Assembly: GCA_963734545.1 (NCBI GenBank)
Contig: CAVTHO010000009.1
Span: 64,001 to 128,000 of the forward strand
DNA: 64,000 nucleotides
From: an uncultured Spirochaetota bacterium
Lineage (GTDB): Bacteria > Spirochaetota > Spirochaetia > SZUA-6 > Fen-1364
Direction: 5' to 3'
Both the position numbers and the translations under genes were made by a program. Shown in pieces: positions 52,746 to 63,137 of this stretch. A model generated the notes under the pieces. The model made no database searches. It was not told where the DNA came from and worked only from the letters and a program-made list of their open reading frames with translations. Every line of letters begins with the position of its first letter. Position 1 is the first letter of the stretch.

Positions 52746-54146
52746 ATGAAGAGATGGATCGGGCTTTCCCTGCTCCTCGTGCCTCTCCTCGTGTCCGCCG
52801 CGGGCTTCTGGGACGGGAACGCCGCCCTGCAGAGGGGCGATGCTGCCTTCGAGAGCGGCCTGTACGCCGCATCCAACTCGTTCCCGAAAGACACGCGCAT
52901 CCTCATCGAAAACCTCGACACAGGAAAGACAGCCACAGCGACAATCACGGATCGGATCGAAGGGCGGTCCGACATCCTTGTTCTGCTGTCGCCGAAAACA
53001 GCCGAAGCGCTCGGCATTCCGCAGGGGACGCTTGCCAGCGTACGGGTGACGGTCACGTCCTCCCCGAGCGCCGTGACTGCGCAGCCTTCTGAGCGGGCCT
53101 ACAGCCCCGACCCGGATCTCAATCCCGCGGCAGCGTATCCCGCCGATGAAAGGGCTCGTTCGGCAGACACGAGCACCGCTTCGATGGAGAGCCTGCCTGC
53201 CCCGCAGGCGCCGGCTGCTCCCGCGCAGGCGCCGACCACGCTCGCCGAGGCGCCGCTGCCAGTCGGCACTGAGAGCCCCCCGGCCGAGAAGCCGCCGGAC
53301 CAGCAGGTCGCGGATCAGAAGGCAACGGATCAGAAGACGGCAGACCAGAAGGCGGCGGACCAAAAGGCAGCGGAACAGAAAGCGGCGGACCAGCAGGCTG
53401 ACGAGGCGATCATCGCCGCGGCAGCCGCGCGCACGCCACAAAAGCAGCTCTTCCTTCCCCCGCGGGAGGACGAGAAGTTCGTCTATCACAAGCCTGTCGA
53501 AACCACTGCAACGCAGACGGTCCAGGCTACCGCGGCGGAAACCCAGCCGCGCATCACCTCGGTCATCGGTGAGCCTGCTGCCGCGCCTGCCCCTGCCGGC
53601 ACGGGTGATATGCCGCTTGCCGAGGCCACGGCCCCGGAGGAATCTCGCGCGCAGGAGATCGTCAGCGCGGGGCCCGCGACCCCCCCCATGGGAACCGGCG
53701 GGGAATCCGCGGCTCTCGCCGCGCCCGAGCTGCTGACGGAAGGGCAGCCGGCTGTTGCGCAGGAGCCGGTGCAGACAGAGGTGAGCAGCCCCGTCGTGAC
53801 CCCGTCGACGGCGCAGGAAGCGCCGAAGCTCGCCCTCGTCGCCCCCGAGGCGCCGTCAGCCGTGCAGGCAGCGGTTGCTCCTGTGGTCAAGGCCGCGACC
53901 ATCCCCCGGATCGCAAAGACTGAAACATACTATCTCCAGCTCGGTGCCTACGCCTCGGAAAAGGTGGCGCAGGACCTTGCGGCGAGCCTCCCCTCGACGT
54001 ACCCCACGCTGGTTGTCGCGCCCGCGGGCGCGGGAACGGGGATGTTCAGGGTCCTGATAGGACCGCTCAACCGGGCCGAGAGCGGTACCGTGCTCACCCG
54101 ATTCCGCTACCGCGGATTCCCGGATGCGTTCCTGAAGCAGGAGTAG
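52746..54146 (+). CDS. SPOR domain protein (signal peptide, RlpA-like N-terminal domain, low-complexity linker)
   Basis: C-terminal YYLQLGAY...FRVLIGPL...GFPDAFLK; N-terminal AASNSFP.DT.I.IENL.TGK. Confidence 0.85.
   Translation: MKRWIGLSLLLVPLLVSAAGFWDGNAALQRGDAAFESGLYAASNSFPKDTRILIENLDTGKTATATITDRIEGRSDILVLLSPKTAEALGIPQGTLASVRVTVTSSPSAVTAQPSERAYSPDPDLNPAAAYPADERARSADTSTASMESLPAPQAPAAPAQAPTTLAEAPLPVGTESPPAEKPPDQQVADQKATDQKTADQKAADQKAAEQKAADQQADEAIIAAAAARTPQKQLFLPPREDEKFVYHKPVETTATQTVQATAAETQPRITSVIGEPAAAPAPAGTGDMPLAEATAPEESRAQEIVSAGPATPPMGTGGESAALAAPELLTEGQPAVAQEPVQTEVSSPVVTPSTAQEAPKLALVAPEAPSAVQAAVAPVVKAATIPRIAKTETYYLQLGAYASEKVAQDLAASLPSTYPTLVVAPAGAGTGMFRVLIGPLNRAESGTVLTRFRYRGFPDAFLKQE
53298..53402 (+). 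repeat. 7 x 15-bp coding tandem repeat (DQKAA-like)
   Basis: DQQVA DQKAT DQKTA DQKAA DQKAA EQKAA DQQAD. Confidence 0.9.
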
Positions 54147-54154
54147 CCGCTCTC

Positions 54155-54203
54155 CCGCCCGCACGGCACTCCGTGCAATTTCTCCGCCCGCACGGTACTC
54201 CGA
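54155..54203. repeat. 2 x 29-bp module D array upstream of ligA
   Basis: ccgcccgcacgg(c/t)actccg repeated at 54155 and 54184. Confidence 0.85.
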
Positions 54204-54257
54204 TTTCGCAGCGCGGGCGCTTGATTTCCCCCGCTGACAGTTGCACTATTGGCATGG

Positions 54258-56312
54258 ATGCCCATGACGCGTAAGGCAGCGGAGAAGCGGGCCGCCGAGC
54301 TTTCCCAGCTTCTCAGGGAGTACCAGCGTGCGTACTACGTCGAGAGCCGTCCGCTCGTCTCGGACAGCGAGTTCGACGTTCTGTTCGATGAGCTGCTCGC
54401 CATTGAGCAGGAGCACCCGGATCTCGCCCTTCCCGATTCCCCCACGCGGCGTGTCGGCTCAGACCTCACCCAGGAGCTTCCCGAAGCGGCGCATACCATC
54501 CCCGTTCTCAGCCTGGATAAGTCCTACACGGGAGAGGAGCTCGCGGCGTGGACCGCGAAAACCGCCCGCAATGCCGGCGAAGAGCTTTCCTTCGTCTGCG
54601 AGCAGAAGATAGACGGTGCGTCCATGGTCCTTTACTACGAGGAGGGAACCCTGGCCCGGGCTGTGACCAGGGGCAATGGCCTCGTGGGCAATGACGTCAC
54701 GGGGAACGTGAAGACCATCGGCGCTGTCCCGCTGCGCCTCGCCCAGCCCGTGACGGTCGCGGTGCGCGGGGAGGTATTTCTGGCGCACAGCCTTTTCGCA
54801 TCGATCAATGCGAAGCTGGATGAGCCATATGCCAATCCGCGCAACTTCGCATCCGGAACGCTGCGGAGGGTCAAGAGCAGCGAGGTGGCGGGAGTTCCGC
54901 TCAGCATCTATGTATACGAGGGCTTTTTCGAGAAACAGCCGGACACGCACCACGAGATACTGGAGCAGCTCGAGGATCTCGGTTTCCGCCTCAACCCGCA
55001 CGTGGGATTCTTCTCGGACGGTCCGTCGCTCTCATCGGTGAAAAGCCGGCATCCGGCCTGGCGCACCGGGTCCCTGAAGGATATCCCCGACTTCCTCGAG
55101 GCTGAAAGAAAGGGTCGCAGGAGCCTGGACTACGAGATCGACGGAATCGTGGTCAAGGTGGACGAGGTTTCCGTCCGTGAGAGGCTGGGGTACACGGGCC
55201 ACCATCCCCGCTGGGCAATCGCGTTCAAGTTCGAGTCTCCCGAGGGGGCCACGACCGTCAAGGCAATCGAGGTCCAGGTGGGCAGGACGGGGAGAGTCAC
55301 TCCCGTGGCTCGGGTGGAGCCGGTCAAGATCTCGGGCGCCACCATCGCGAATGTCACGCTGCACAACCAGGAATACATCGACATGCTCGAGCTGGCCGTG
55401 GGAGACCGGGTGGCCGTCTCGCGCAGGGGTGACGTCATTCCCGCGGTGGAGCGGGTGCTGGAAAAGAACGAGACGGGCGCCGCCACCTGGAAGCTGCCCG
55501 AATCCTGCCCGACGTGCGGAACGGGGCTCGTGAAGCAGGGCGCGCATCATTTCTGCCCCAACGCGGCCTGCCCGGACCAGGTGCGGGGCAGGCTGAATTT
55601 TTTCGTCGGCAGGGGACAGATGGACATCGAGGGACTCGGTCCGGAAACCGTCGATGTGCTCATCAAGAACGGATTGGCGCGTGATGTCGATGACCTATAC
55701 TTTTTCGATCCTGACAAGCTTCTGGATCTCCCTGGATTCGGAGAGAAGAAAGTGGCGCAGATCAGGGAGGGAATCGAGAAGAGCAAGGAGCAGCCATTTC
55801 ACGTCGTGCTTCCATCGCTCGGGATTCCCGACATCGGCCAGAAAGTGACCGAGCTTCTGATCGAGGCCGGCTACACGGGAATCGATTCACTGGTCGCGCT
55901 TGCCGCGGCGGGAGACCCCGCGCCGTTTCTGGCCATCCACGGAATCGGCGAGCGCACGGCAGAGATCCTGATGCGGGAGCTGCGAAAGAAGGGGATGAAG
56001 CGGCTCATCGAGAGACTGCGCAAGGCGGGTCTGAACCTCGAGGAAAAGGCGCAGCCGCAGCGCGCGGACCTGCCGCAGACGTTTGCCGGCCAGACCTGGT
56101 GCGTCACCGGCAGCTTCGCCAGCTTCAGCCCCCGCGAGAAGGCGATGGAAGAGGTGACCCTGCGGGGCGGAAAAGCGGTTGATTCGGTGACGTCGAAAAC
56201 CACACACCTGTTAGTCGGCGGGAGCCCCGGGAGCAAGCTGCAGAAGGCGCAGAAGCTCGGCGTCAAGATCGTGAATGAAGACGAGTTTCTCGCGCTGCTT
56301 CGGAAGTCTTGA
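54258..56312 (+). CDS. ligA: NAD-dependent DNA ligase
   Basis: EQKIDG, TRGNG, NPRN, EIDGIVVK, VGRTG, Zn finger and C-terminal BRCT domain. Confidence 0.97.
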   Translation: MPMTRKAAEKRAAELSQLLREYQRAYYVESRPLVSDSEFDVLFDELLAIEQEHPDLALPDSPTRRVGSDLTQELPEAAHTIPVLSLDKSYTGEELAAWTAKTARNAGEELSFVCEQKIDGASMVLYYEEGTLARAVTRGNGLVGNDVTGNVKTIGAVPLRLAQPVTVAVRGEVFLAHSLFASINAKLDEPYANPRNFASGTLRRVKSSEVAGVPLSIYVYEGFFEKQPDTHHEILEQLEDLGFRLNPHVGFFSDGPSLSSVKSRHPAWRTGSLKDIPDFLEAERKGRRSLDYEIDGIVVKVDEVSVRERLGYTGHHPRWAIAFKFESPEGATTVKAIEVQVGRTGRVTPVARVEPVKISGATIANVTLHNQEYIDMLELAVGDRVAVSRRGDVIPAVERVLEKNETGAATWKLPESCPTCGTGLVKQGAHHFCPNAACPDQVRGRLNFFVGRGQMDIEGLGPETVDVLIKNGLARDVDDLYFFDPDKLLDLPGFGEKKVAQIREGIEKSKEQPFHVVLPSLGIPDIGQKVTELLIEAGYTGIDSLVALAAAGDPAPFLAIHGIGERTAEILMRELRKKGMKRLIERLRKAGLNLEEKAQPQRADLPQTFAGQTWCVTGSFASFSPREKAMEEVTLRGGKAVDSVTSKTTHLLVGGSPGSKLQKAQKLGVKIVNEDEFLALLRKS

Positions 56313-56337
56313 CTTCCCCCCCGGCCGGACTTAGAGT
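56309..56337 (+). promoter_or_regulatory. sigma70-type promoter of the BMP/ABC operon
   Basis: TTGACT-N17-TAGAGT. Confidence 0.65.
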
Positions 56338-56369
56338 AGTGCGAGATATCAGACATCAAGGAGGTTTCC

Positions 56370-57504
56370 ATGAAGCGATTTTATCTGCTGGCCGCGGTGG
56401 CGCTCAGCGTCGCTCTCCTGTTGACAGGGTGCGCGCAGAAGGCAAAGACGGCTGCCAAGGGAAAGATCGGTCTCGTGTTCGACCTCGCGGGCAGGGGCGA
56501 CAACTCGTTCAACGATTCCGCCTACAACGGGCTCGTCAACCTGGCCAAGGAGTACAAGGGCTGGATCGAGGGAGACCCGAGCAAGGTGAACTTCGGCAAC
56601 CAGCTTCAGCTCAAGTACGCTGAGCCGAAGGGCGGCGGCCAGGACCGTGAGACCCTGATGCGTGCGCTCGCGGAAGAAGGCTACAATCCCATCTTCGGGA
56701 TCGGGTTCGCGTTCGGTGACTCCATCGCCAAGGTGGCAAAGGACTTCCCGAAGATCCACTTCGTCGGCATCGACGTGTTCCTCCCAGACCTGAAGGCGGA
56801 CGGCAACATCCTTTGCGCGGGCTTCACCGAGAACGAAGGGTCCTTCCTCGTCGGCGCGCTGGCCGCTCTCAAAGCGGACGGCAAGAAGATCGGCTTCATG
56901 GGCGGCGTGGACATCGGTCTCATCCACAGGTTCGAGAACGGGTTCCGCGCGGGGGCCATGTACGACAACCCGGCCTACCGCAAGCCCGGCGCAGTCCTCG
57001 TGCAGTACATCAGCAAGGAGTTCACCGGCTTCAACGACCCCAAGGGCGGGTATGACGTGTCCATGAACCTCTACAAGCAGGGCGCGGACATTGTCTACCA
57101 CGCGGCAGGCGGCTCGGGAGATGGCCTGTTCAAGGCTGCCATGGAGACCGGCAAGCTCGGCATCGGAGTGGACTCCGACCAGGCGCTGGTGTACGCTGCG
57201 GCAACCGACCCGGGCGGTCCAGGGCAGGGCGAAGTTCGTCATGACCTCGATGCTCAAGAGGGTGGACAATGCCGTGTTCGCCATCGGCAAAGAGTTCATC
57301 GACAAGGGCACAATCGCCGGTGGCTACCAGACATTCAACCTTGCATCGGACGGCGTGGGCTATGCGCTGAACGACCTGAACAAGGCAGACCTGGCGCAGT
57401 ACGGCGACAAGATGCAGGAGCTGAGGACAAAGATCATCGACGGCACGATCAAGGTGCCTGATGAGAACGTCGACGTTGCCGCATGGGCAAAGACGCTGAA
57501 GTAG
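56370..57504 (+). CDS. BMP family ABC substrate-binding lipoprotein (nucleoside-type); apparent indel near 57214
   Basis: Lipobox LTGC, GDNSFNDSA, ENEGSFLVG and GIGVDSDQ; second frame TSMLKRVD. Confidence 0.92.
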
Positions 57505-57517
57505 ACGGGTTTTGATC

Positions 57518-57547
57518 AGGCGGGAGCGGAAGCTCCCGCCTTTTTTT
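57518..57547 (+). terminator. Rho-independent terminator between the binding protein and ATPase genes
   Basis: 10-bp stem AGGCGGGAGC/GCTCCCGCCT, GGAA loop, T-tract. Confidence 0.9.
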
Positions 57548-57602
57548 CTCACAGGGGCCGCCCGTGACGACATGTGCGGCCCCAAGCGGAGAATCCATCG
57601 CC

Positions 57603-59123
57603 ATGTCTGAGAATCTTCTGGAGATGAAAGGGATCACAAAGCGTTTCCCGGGAGTGACGGCAAACGACGGTATCTCCTTCGACCTGCGCCCCGGGGAGGT
57701 CCATGCGCTTGTCGGGGAGAATGGTGCAGGCAAAACAACCTTGATGAAGATTCTCTACGGACTGCACCGTCCAGATGCGGGGAGCATTCTCGTTCGCGGA
57801 GCTCCTGTGTCCATACGCGGTCCCCGGGAGGCCATCCGCCTGGGCATCGGTATGGTGCATCAGCACTTCATGCTCTTCGCCCCTTTCAGCGTCCTTGAAA
57901 ATGTCATCCTCGGGGAAGAGACCCACACGGCAGGGGTGCTCCGAAACGCCGGACCTCGACAGAAGATCGCCTCGCTGGTCGAGGAAAACCGGCTGGCCGT
58001 GGATCCTGACTCCCTGGTGGAGGACCTCTCCGTCGGCATCCAGCAGCGCGTGGAAATTCTGAAGATCCTCTACCGGGGAGCCGTCATCCTTGTATTCGAC
58101 GAGCCGACCGCGGTGCTCACACCGCAGGAGTCCAGTGAGCTCTTCAAGACATTCCGTGAGATGGAGCGGCAGGGAAAGGGCGTCATTTTCATCAGCCACA
58201 AGCTGGACGAGGTCCTGGAAGTCGCGGACCGGATCACCGTCATCCGTCAGGGCAAGGTCGTGCAGACCATGGACCGGGCCGATGCCACGAAGCAGAAGAT
58301 CGCCACGCTGATGGTGGGCAAGCCCGTTCTCCTGGAAGTGGACCGGGCTGCCCGGGAGCCCGGCAAGATCGTCCTCGATGTAAAGAACCTTCGAATGAAA
58401 AGCCCCCGTGGATATGCCGCGGTGGACGGACTTTCCTTGACCGTGCATGCCGGTGAGATCTACGGAGTGGCCGGCGTGGAGGGAAACGGGCAGACCGAGC
58501 TCGTCAAGGCCATCGCCGAAGGGGCGGAAGCGGAGTCCGGCGATATTCTCCTGTCGGGTGAGGACATCACGCACCTGAGCGTGCGGGAGCGGCGCGCGCG
58601 CGGCATTTCCCACATACCGGAGGACCGGCAAAAGGAGGGCCTGCTGATGCCGTTCTCGGTGGCATGGAACATCGCACTGGGGCAGCACTACCTGCAGCCG
58701 TACGCGTCGCGGTTCCAGATCATCAAGAAGAAGGCCATCCGGGAGCACGCGCGGCAGGTGATCGCCCAGTACGACATACGTACGCCCTCGGAGGAGACGC
58801 CGGCAAACGCGCTCTCCGGCGGAAACCAGCAGAAAGCGGTGGTGGCACGGGAGATCGGCACGGGAGATGTCCTGCTCGTTGCCGCCCAACCCACCCGCGG
58901 CGTCGACATCGGGGCCACGGAGTTCATCCACAAACAGCTCCTGGCTGCGCGGGCTGCAGGGCGCGCGGTCCTCCTGGTCTCCGCGGATCTGGACGAGCTT
59001 CTTTCCCTGTCCGATCGGATCGGTGTCATCTTCAAGGGGAAGATCATCAAGGAGTTCACCCACGACCAGGCAGTGAGAGAAGAGGTCGGTCTGTACATGA
59101 CGGGGGAGAAATCGAATGCGTAA
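57603..59123 (+). CDS. ABC transporter ATP-binding protein (CUT2 type, two domains)
   Basis: GENGAGKTT, FDEPT, LSGGNQQK and QPTRGVD. Confidence 0.95.
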   Translation: MSENLLEMKGITKRFPGVTANDGISFDLRPGEVHALVGENGAGKTTLMKILYGLHRPDAGSILVRGAPVSIRGPREAIRLGIGMVHQHFMLFAPFSVLENVILGEETHTAGVLRNAGPRQKIASLVEENRLAVDPDSLVEDLSVGIQQRVEILKILYRGAVILVFDEPTAVLTPQESSELFKTFREMERQGKGVIFISHKLDEVLEVADRITVIRQGKVVQTMDRADATKQKIATLMVGKPVLLEVDRAAREPGKIVLDVKNLRMKSPRGYAAVDGLSLTVHAGEIYGVAGVEGNGQTELVKAIAEGAEAESGDILLSGEDITHLSVRERRARGISHIPEDRQKEGLLMPFSVAWNIALGQHYLQPYASRFQIIKKKAIREHARQVIAQYDIRTPSEETPANALSGGNQQKAVVAREIGTGDVLLVAAQPTRGVDIGATEFIHKQLLAARAAGRAVLLVSADLDELLSLSDRIGVIFKGKIIKEFTHDQAVREEVGLYMTGEKSNA

Positions 59124-60217
59124 GCTCGGTTCAGTTCGCTTCACCCTGCTGGAAAGGTCGGCCCCGTTCATCGGTTTCCTGGCCTCCGCGGTGGTGCTCA
59201 TCCTGATCGTCATCGTGCTTGGTGAATATCCCGGGACCGCGCTGGGCGCCATCTACAAATTCACTCTCCAGACGAGCGCCAAGCTCGCCCAGGTCCTGTC
59301 TATCTCCATACCCTTCTACCTCTCGGGCCTCGCAGTGGCCATCGCGTTCAAAGCCGGCGTCTTCAATATCGGGGTGGAGGGGCAGTACTTCGTCGGCGGC
59401 TTCACGGCGGCGCTTGTCGGGATTTATCTCAAAGTGCCGCCGGCAATCCATGTTCCCCTCATCGTGCTTGCCGCCATGCTGGGAGGGGGACTCTGGGCAT
59501 TCGTGCCGGCAATCCTGAAAGTGCGGCGCGGGATACACGAGGTCATCACGACCATCCTGTTCAACAACATCGCAATCGCGCTCGTGACCTATTTCGTGAA
59601 CAACCCCTTTTCGGGTCTCCAGAAGGGCCAGAGCCTGGAGCCTCAGACCCGTAAAATCATGTCTACCGCGGTCTTCGAAAAGCTGAACGGCTTCTTCCGT
59701 GCCATCGGCTGGAACGTGCCCGACTACGTGTATCTCGACTACAGCCTGATCGTGGCGGTGGTTTTCGGGCTGCTGATCTGGTTCCTGCTCTCCCGCACCC
59801 GCTACGGGTTCGAGATCCGGGCGGTCGGCACCTCAATGGATGTCTCCCGATACGCAGGGGTCAAAGTGAACAGGGTCCAGATAGGCGCCTTCGTGGCAAG
59901 CGGCGCCCTTGCCGGGCTCATCGGACTGCAGGAGATTTTTGCCATCCGCGGCTTCTATACCTACAGCCTGGCCTCAGGGCTTGGGCTTCGACGGTATCGC
60001 GATCTCCCTGATCGGAAGAAACTCGCCGATTGGCGTCATCTTTTCCGCGGGACTTTTCGGATTCCTCAGACAGGCAGGCTACGGCCTGCAGCTCTTCACC
60101 AAGGTCCCCAACTCCGTCACATACGCCATCCAGGGTCTCATGATTCTTTTCATCGTGGTCATCAACGAAGTGATGGTGCGCGTCGTGCGAGGGCTGCGGA
60201 AGAAGGAGGTGGGCTGA
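59116..60217 (+). CDS. ABC transporter permease 1; apparent indel near 59984
   Basis: FNIGVEGQ, HEVITTILFN and GFEIRAVG; second frame GFDGIAISLIG. Confidence 0.92.
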
Positions 60218-61093
60218 TGGACTTCTCATTTGTCACCTTCTTCCTGGTCAAGGGGCTGGAGATCTCCTCCCCCATCGCCTTTGCCGCTCTGGGCGGCGTC
60301 TTTTCGGAGCGCGGCGGAGTGGTCAACATCGCCCTGGAAGGGATCATGACCGTGACCGCCCTCACGCTCGTCTGGGGCGCCATCACGTTCCACAGCATCT
60401 GGATGGGGCTGCTCGTCGCCGTGATCTCCGGCATGCTCATGGGGCTCATCCACGCGCTGGTCACCGTGACGTTCAAGGTGGACCACGTGGTGAGCGGCGT
60501 GGCGATCAACATCTTTGCCATCGGCCTTACGCGGTTCCTCAGCCAGAGCTGGTTCGGCCAGGAGACGCAGTCCGCAATCAACTCCCGGCTTTTCCCGAGC
60601 TGGCTGGGCATCAATTCGCTGGCCTTCTGGCTGATCCCGCTAACGGCGCGTTGCCTGGTTCGCCATCAACCGCACGGTCTTCGGGCTGCGGCTGCGCAGC
60701 GTGGGGGAAAACCCCGAAGCCGCCGACACGCTGGGCGTCAACGTCTACTTCATGCGCTACGCGGGCGTGATCATCTGCGGCGCGCTGTGCGGCCTCGGCT
60801 CGGCCACCCTGTTTGCCGACAAGTGGATCAGCGGCATGGTGGCGGGACGCGGCTTCATCGCGCTGGCGGCCGTGATATTCGGCCGATGGAATCCGATCGG
60901 AGCGGTGCTCGCCTCGCTGCTCTTCGGCTACGCGGACACCGTCAGGATCGTGTTCGAGACCCGGATCCCCATCCCGGTCCAGTTCGTGCAGATGTTCCCG
61001 TACATTCTGGCACTCGTGGTGCTGGCAGGGCTTGCCGGCCGCGCCCGCGCGCCTGCCGCGGACGGAAGGGCGTTCGAGAAGGGCGAGGGGTAG
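60217..61093 (+). CDS. ABC transporter permease 2; apparent indel near 60650
   Basis: SERGGVVNIALEG; second frame GENPEAADTLGV and GRGFIALAA. Confidence 0.92.
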
Positions 61094-61239
61094 AGCACGC
61101 GGCCGAAGGCCGCGTGCTAAAGGGGCCCCAGGGCGGCAGCCGGCTGCGGAGCAGACGGCGGGAGCCCTGGGGGGAGCACCCTTGCCGAAGGCCGCGTGCG
61201 AGAGGGGGGGCGCCCTTGGGAAGGCCGCGTGCGAGAGGG
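61090..61239. repeat. REP-like GTAG hairpin, module C and a 20-bp direct repeat between convergent genes
   Basis: GTAG-AGCACGCGGCC-GAA-GGCCGCGTGCT; module C at 61130-61167; gaaggccgcgtgcgagaggg at 61187 and 61220. Confidence 0.8.
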
Positions 61240-61246
61240 CCGAGTA

Positions 61247-62777
61247 TCAGCCCTGTCTCCTGCGTTCGATTCCGTGCCAGGGCGCGCCTGCGCGCCGCTT
61301 CCTCCTGTTTCGCTGCGTCCGCATGATTCGATTGATGCCGGGCACCTCCTCGAAGAACAGAGGCAGAAGGAAGGGCCTTTCTTCTTCCCGCAGGCCGCCG
61401 GTGACCCTGATCCTGGGTATCAGGGCGAACGTGGTGACGAGCCTGAGAATGAACGAGGCGACAAAAAGGAGAGGAAAAGCGCTCACCGCGAGACCGAGAA
61501 CGGTGATCGAACGCTCCCCCATGAGATTGAGGAAACCCCCCGGCAATGAGCGATGCCAGGCCGCCGGCAATGCTTCCCACCATCGTCGAGACAGCCATGT
61601 ACATTCCGCTTTCTTCGGGAGAAGGAAAACGGGTCACGAGCTTCACCCCCGCATTGGTCGCCGCCGGGGGGAAAATGCCCCCGATGAGGCCGGCGAGACC
61701 GACCCAGAGGATGGCGGTGCGCGGAGTCGCGAACAGCCAGATTGCGGGAATCAGGCACCAGAAAGAATAGCCGATGAGGAGAACCCGCTTGACGCCGATC
61801 CTGTCGACCATTCTGCCGACGGTTCGGGCAGCCAGAAAGGTCCCCACCAGGGCGGTCGCGCTTACCGCGAACATTCCTCCGAGGAGATCATTCTTGAATT
61901 GGAGATTCTCCATGAAGTAAAGGACGCAGAGCGCTCCCCCCAGGCCCATGCTCAGGTTCCAGCTTGCCGTGAAGAGCAGCCAGGGGCGGAAACTCTTGTC
62001 CCGCAGGGGCACGAGCATGCCGCTCAAGGATCCGCCGGAGGGCTTTCCTTCGAGCGGCGGCTCGGGGATGGTGCCGTGGATGAAGATGTCGACCAGACCG
62101 AGAACGCTGGCCGCGGCGAGAATCGCGGCGGCAATTTCGAGCTTTCCGCCCGGGGGAATCAGATCCATCAACAGACCGGAAGGGAGGATCACTGCGATCA
62201 CGACGAGTGAAATCCAGCTGTCTCTCCTTCCCCAGAATGTGCCCTGCACCTCCCGGGGAATAATTGTCGTCAGCCAGCCGAACCATGGTCCCGGAGAGAG
62301 GTTGCCGATGAGCGTGGCGACGCAGATTCCCAGCATGAAGACGAGGTACGCGGCGGGATGACCGGCTCTCCAGAGCAGGAAGGCGACAGTGATCCCTACG
62401 AGCCGCAGGACCCTGTCCGTGAGAGCTGTCCAGAACCAGACGAGCTTGCGCGACCCGGCCCTTTCCCCGAGCATTGCCCCCAGCGGCTGAACCACCACGA
62501 CCCAGGCAGCGAGCGCGCCGAGGACCCCCCACTGGAATTGCGTCATTCCGATTGCGTTGCCGAAGTAGACGTAAATGATGCCGGTGATGACCGCACCCCA
62601 GGCGGAGCCGAGAGTGCCGGTGAAGATGTGCTTTCTCATCAGGGACGGCAGCTCGCCGGTCTGCACAGGCCTGCGAAGAAAGTATTTCACTCGGCTCTTT
62701 GGCGCCGAAGCAATGGGCGGAACCGAATGGCGCGGAATACCGCGCCGAGATGGCGGGAAGCTCTGCTGGCTCATCAT
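61247..62777 (-). CDS. MFS transporter; apparent indel near 61538; start uncertain
   Basis: Many TM helices and MFS motif A GRMVDRIGVKR. Confidence 0.88.
62729..62746. repeat. Module D hairpin (inverted orientation) in the 5' end of the MFS ORF
   Basis: Minus strand ggcgcgg-tatt-ccgcgcc, encoding RRGIPR. Confidence 0.7.
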
Positions 62778-62840
62778 TTTCCCAGTTCAACCAATGAGAA
62801 TTGATCTCTCAACCGATGATTGTCAATACAACTCGCGGTT

Positions 62841-63117
62841 GCGGGAGTGCGCGAGTACGCCCTCGGCCCGAAGGCGGTACCCGTTCGGCGAGTACGCCGT
62901 CTGCGGGGCCTCCTTTCGCAGGCTCTCGCCGTCTGCTACGCAGACGGCTGCCGCCCTTCGCACGCCTTCAGCGTGCTACGCATCCCTGTGCTCGTCGGCC
63001 CTCGCCCTCCGTGGCTACGGCCCCTTGAAACGGACCGCTGTTTTCCGCTATCCTCCCGATCGCTTTTCCAACTCTGCGCGGTACCCCGCGCGTTCATTGC
63101 TGCGCGGTATGCCGCGC
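62841..63117. repeat. BIME-like mosaic containing modules A, C, B and D
   Basis: A at 62841-62900, C at 62920-62957, B at 62981-63020, D twice at 63076 and 63102. Confidence 0.88.
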
Positions 63118-63137
63118 AGCTACTCCGGAGGTGCGCG

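Noticed and set aside
53298-53402. DQKAA pentapeptide repeat as part of the palindromic repeat system
   Set aside because: Non-palindromic, synonymously diverged coding minisatellite in a flexible linker; ordinary for SPOR proteins.
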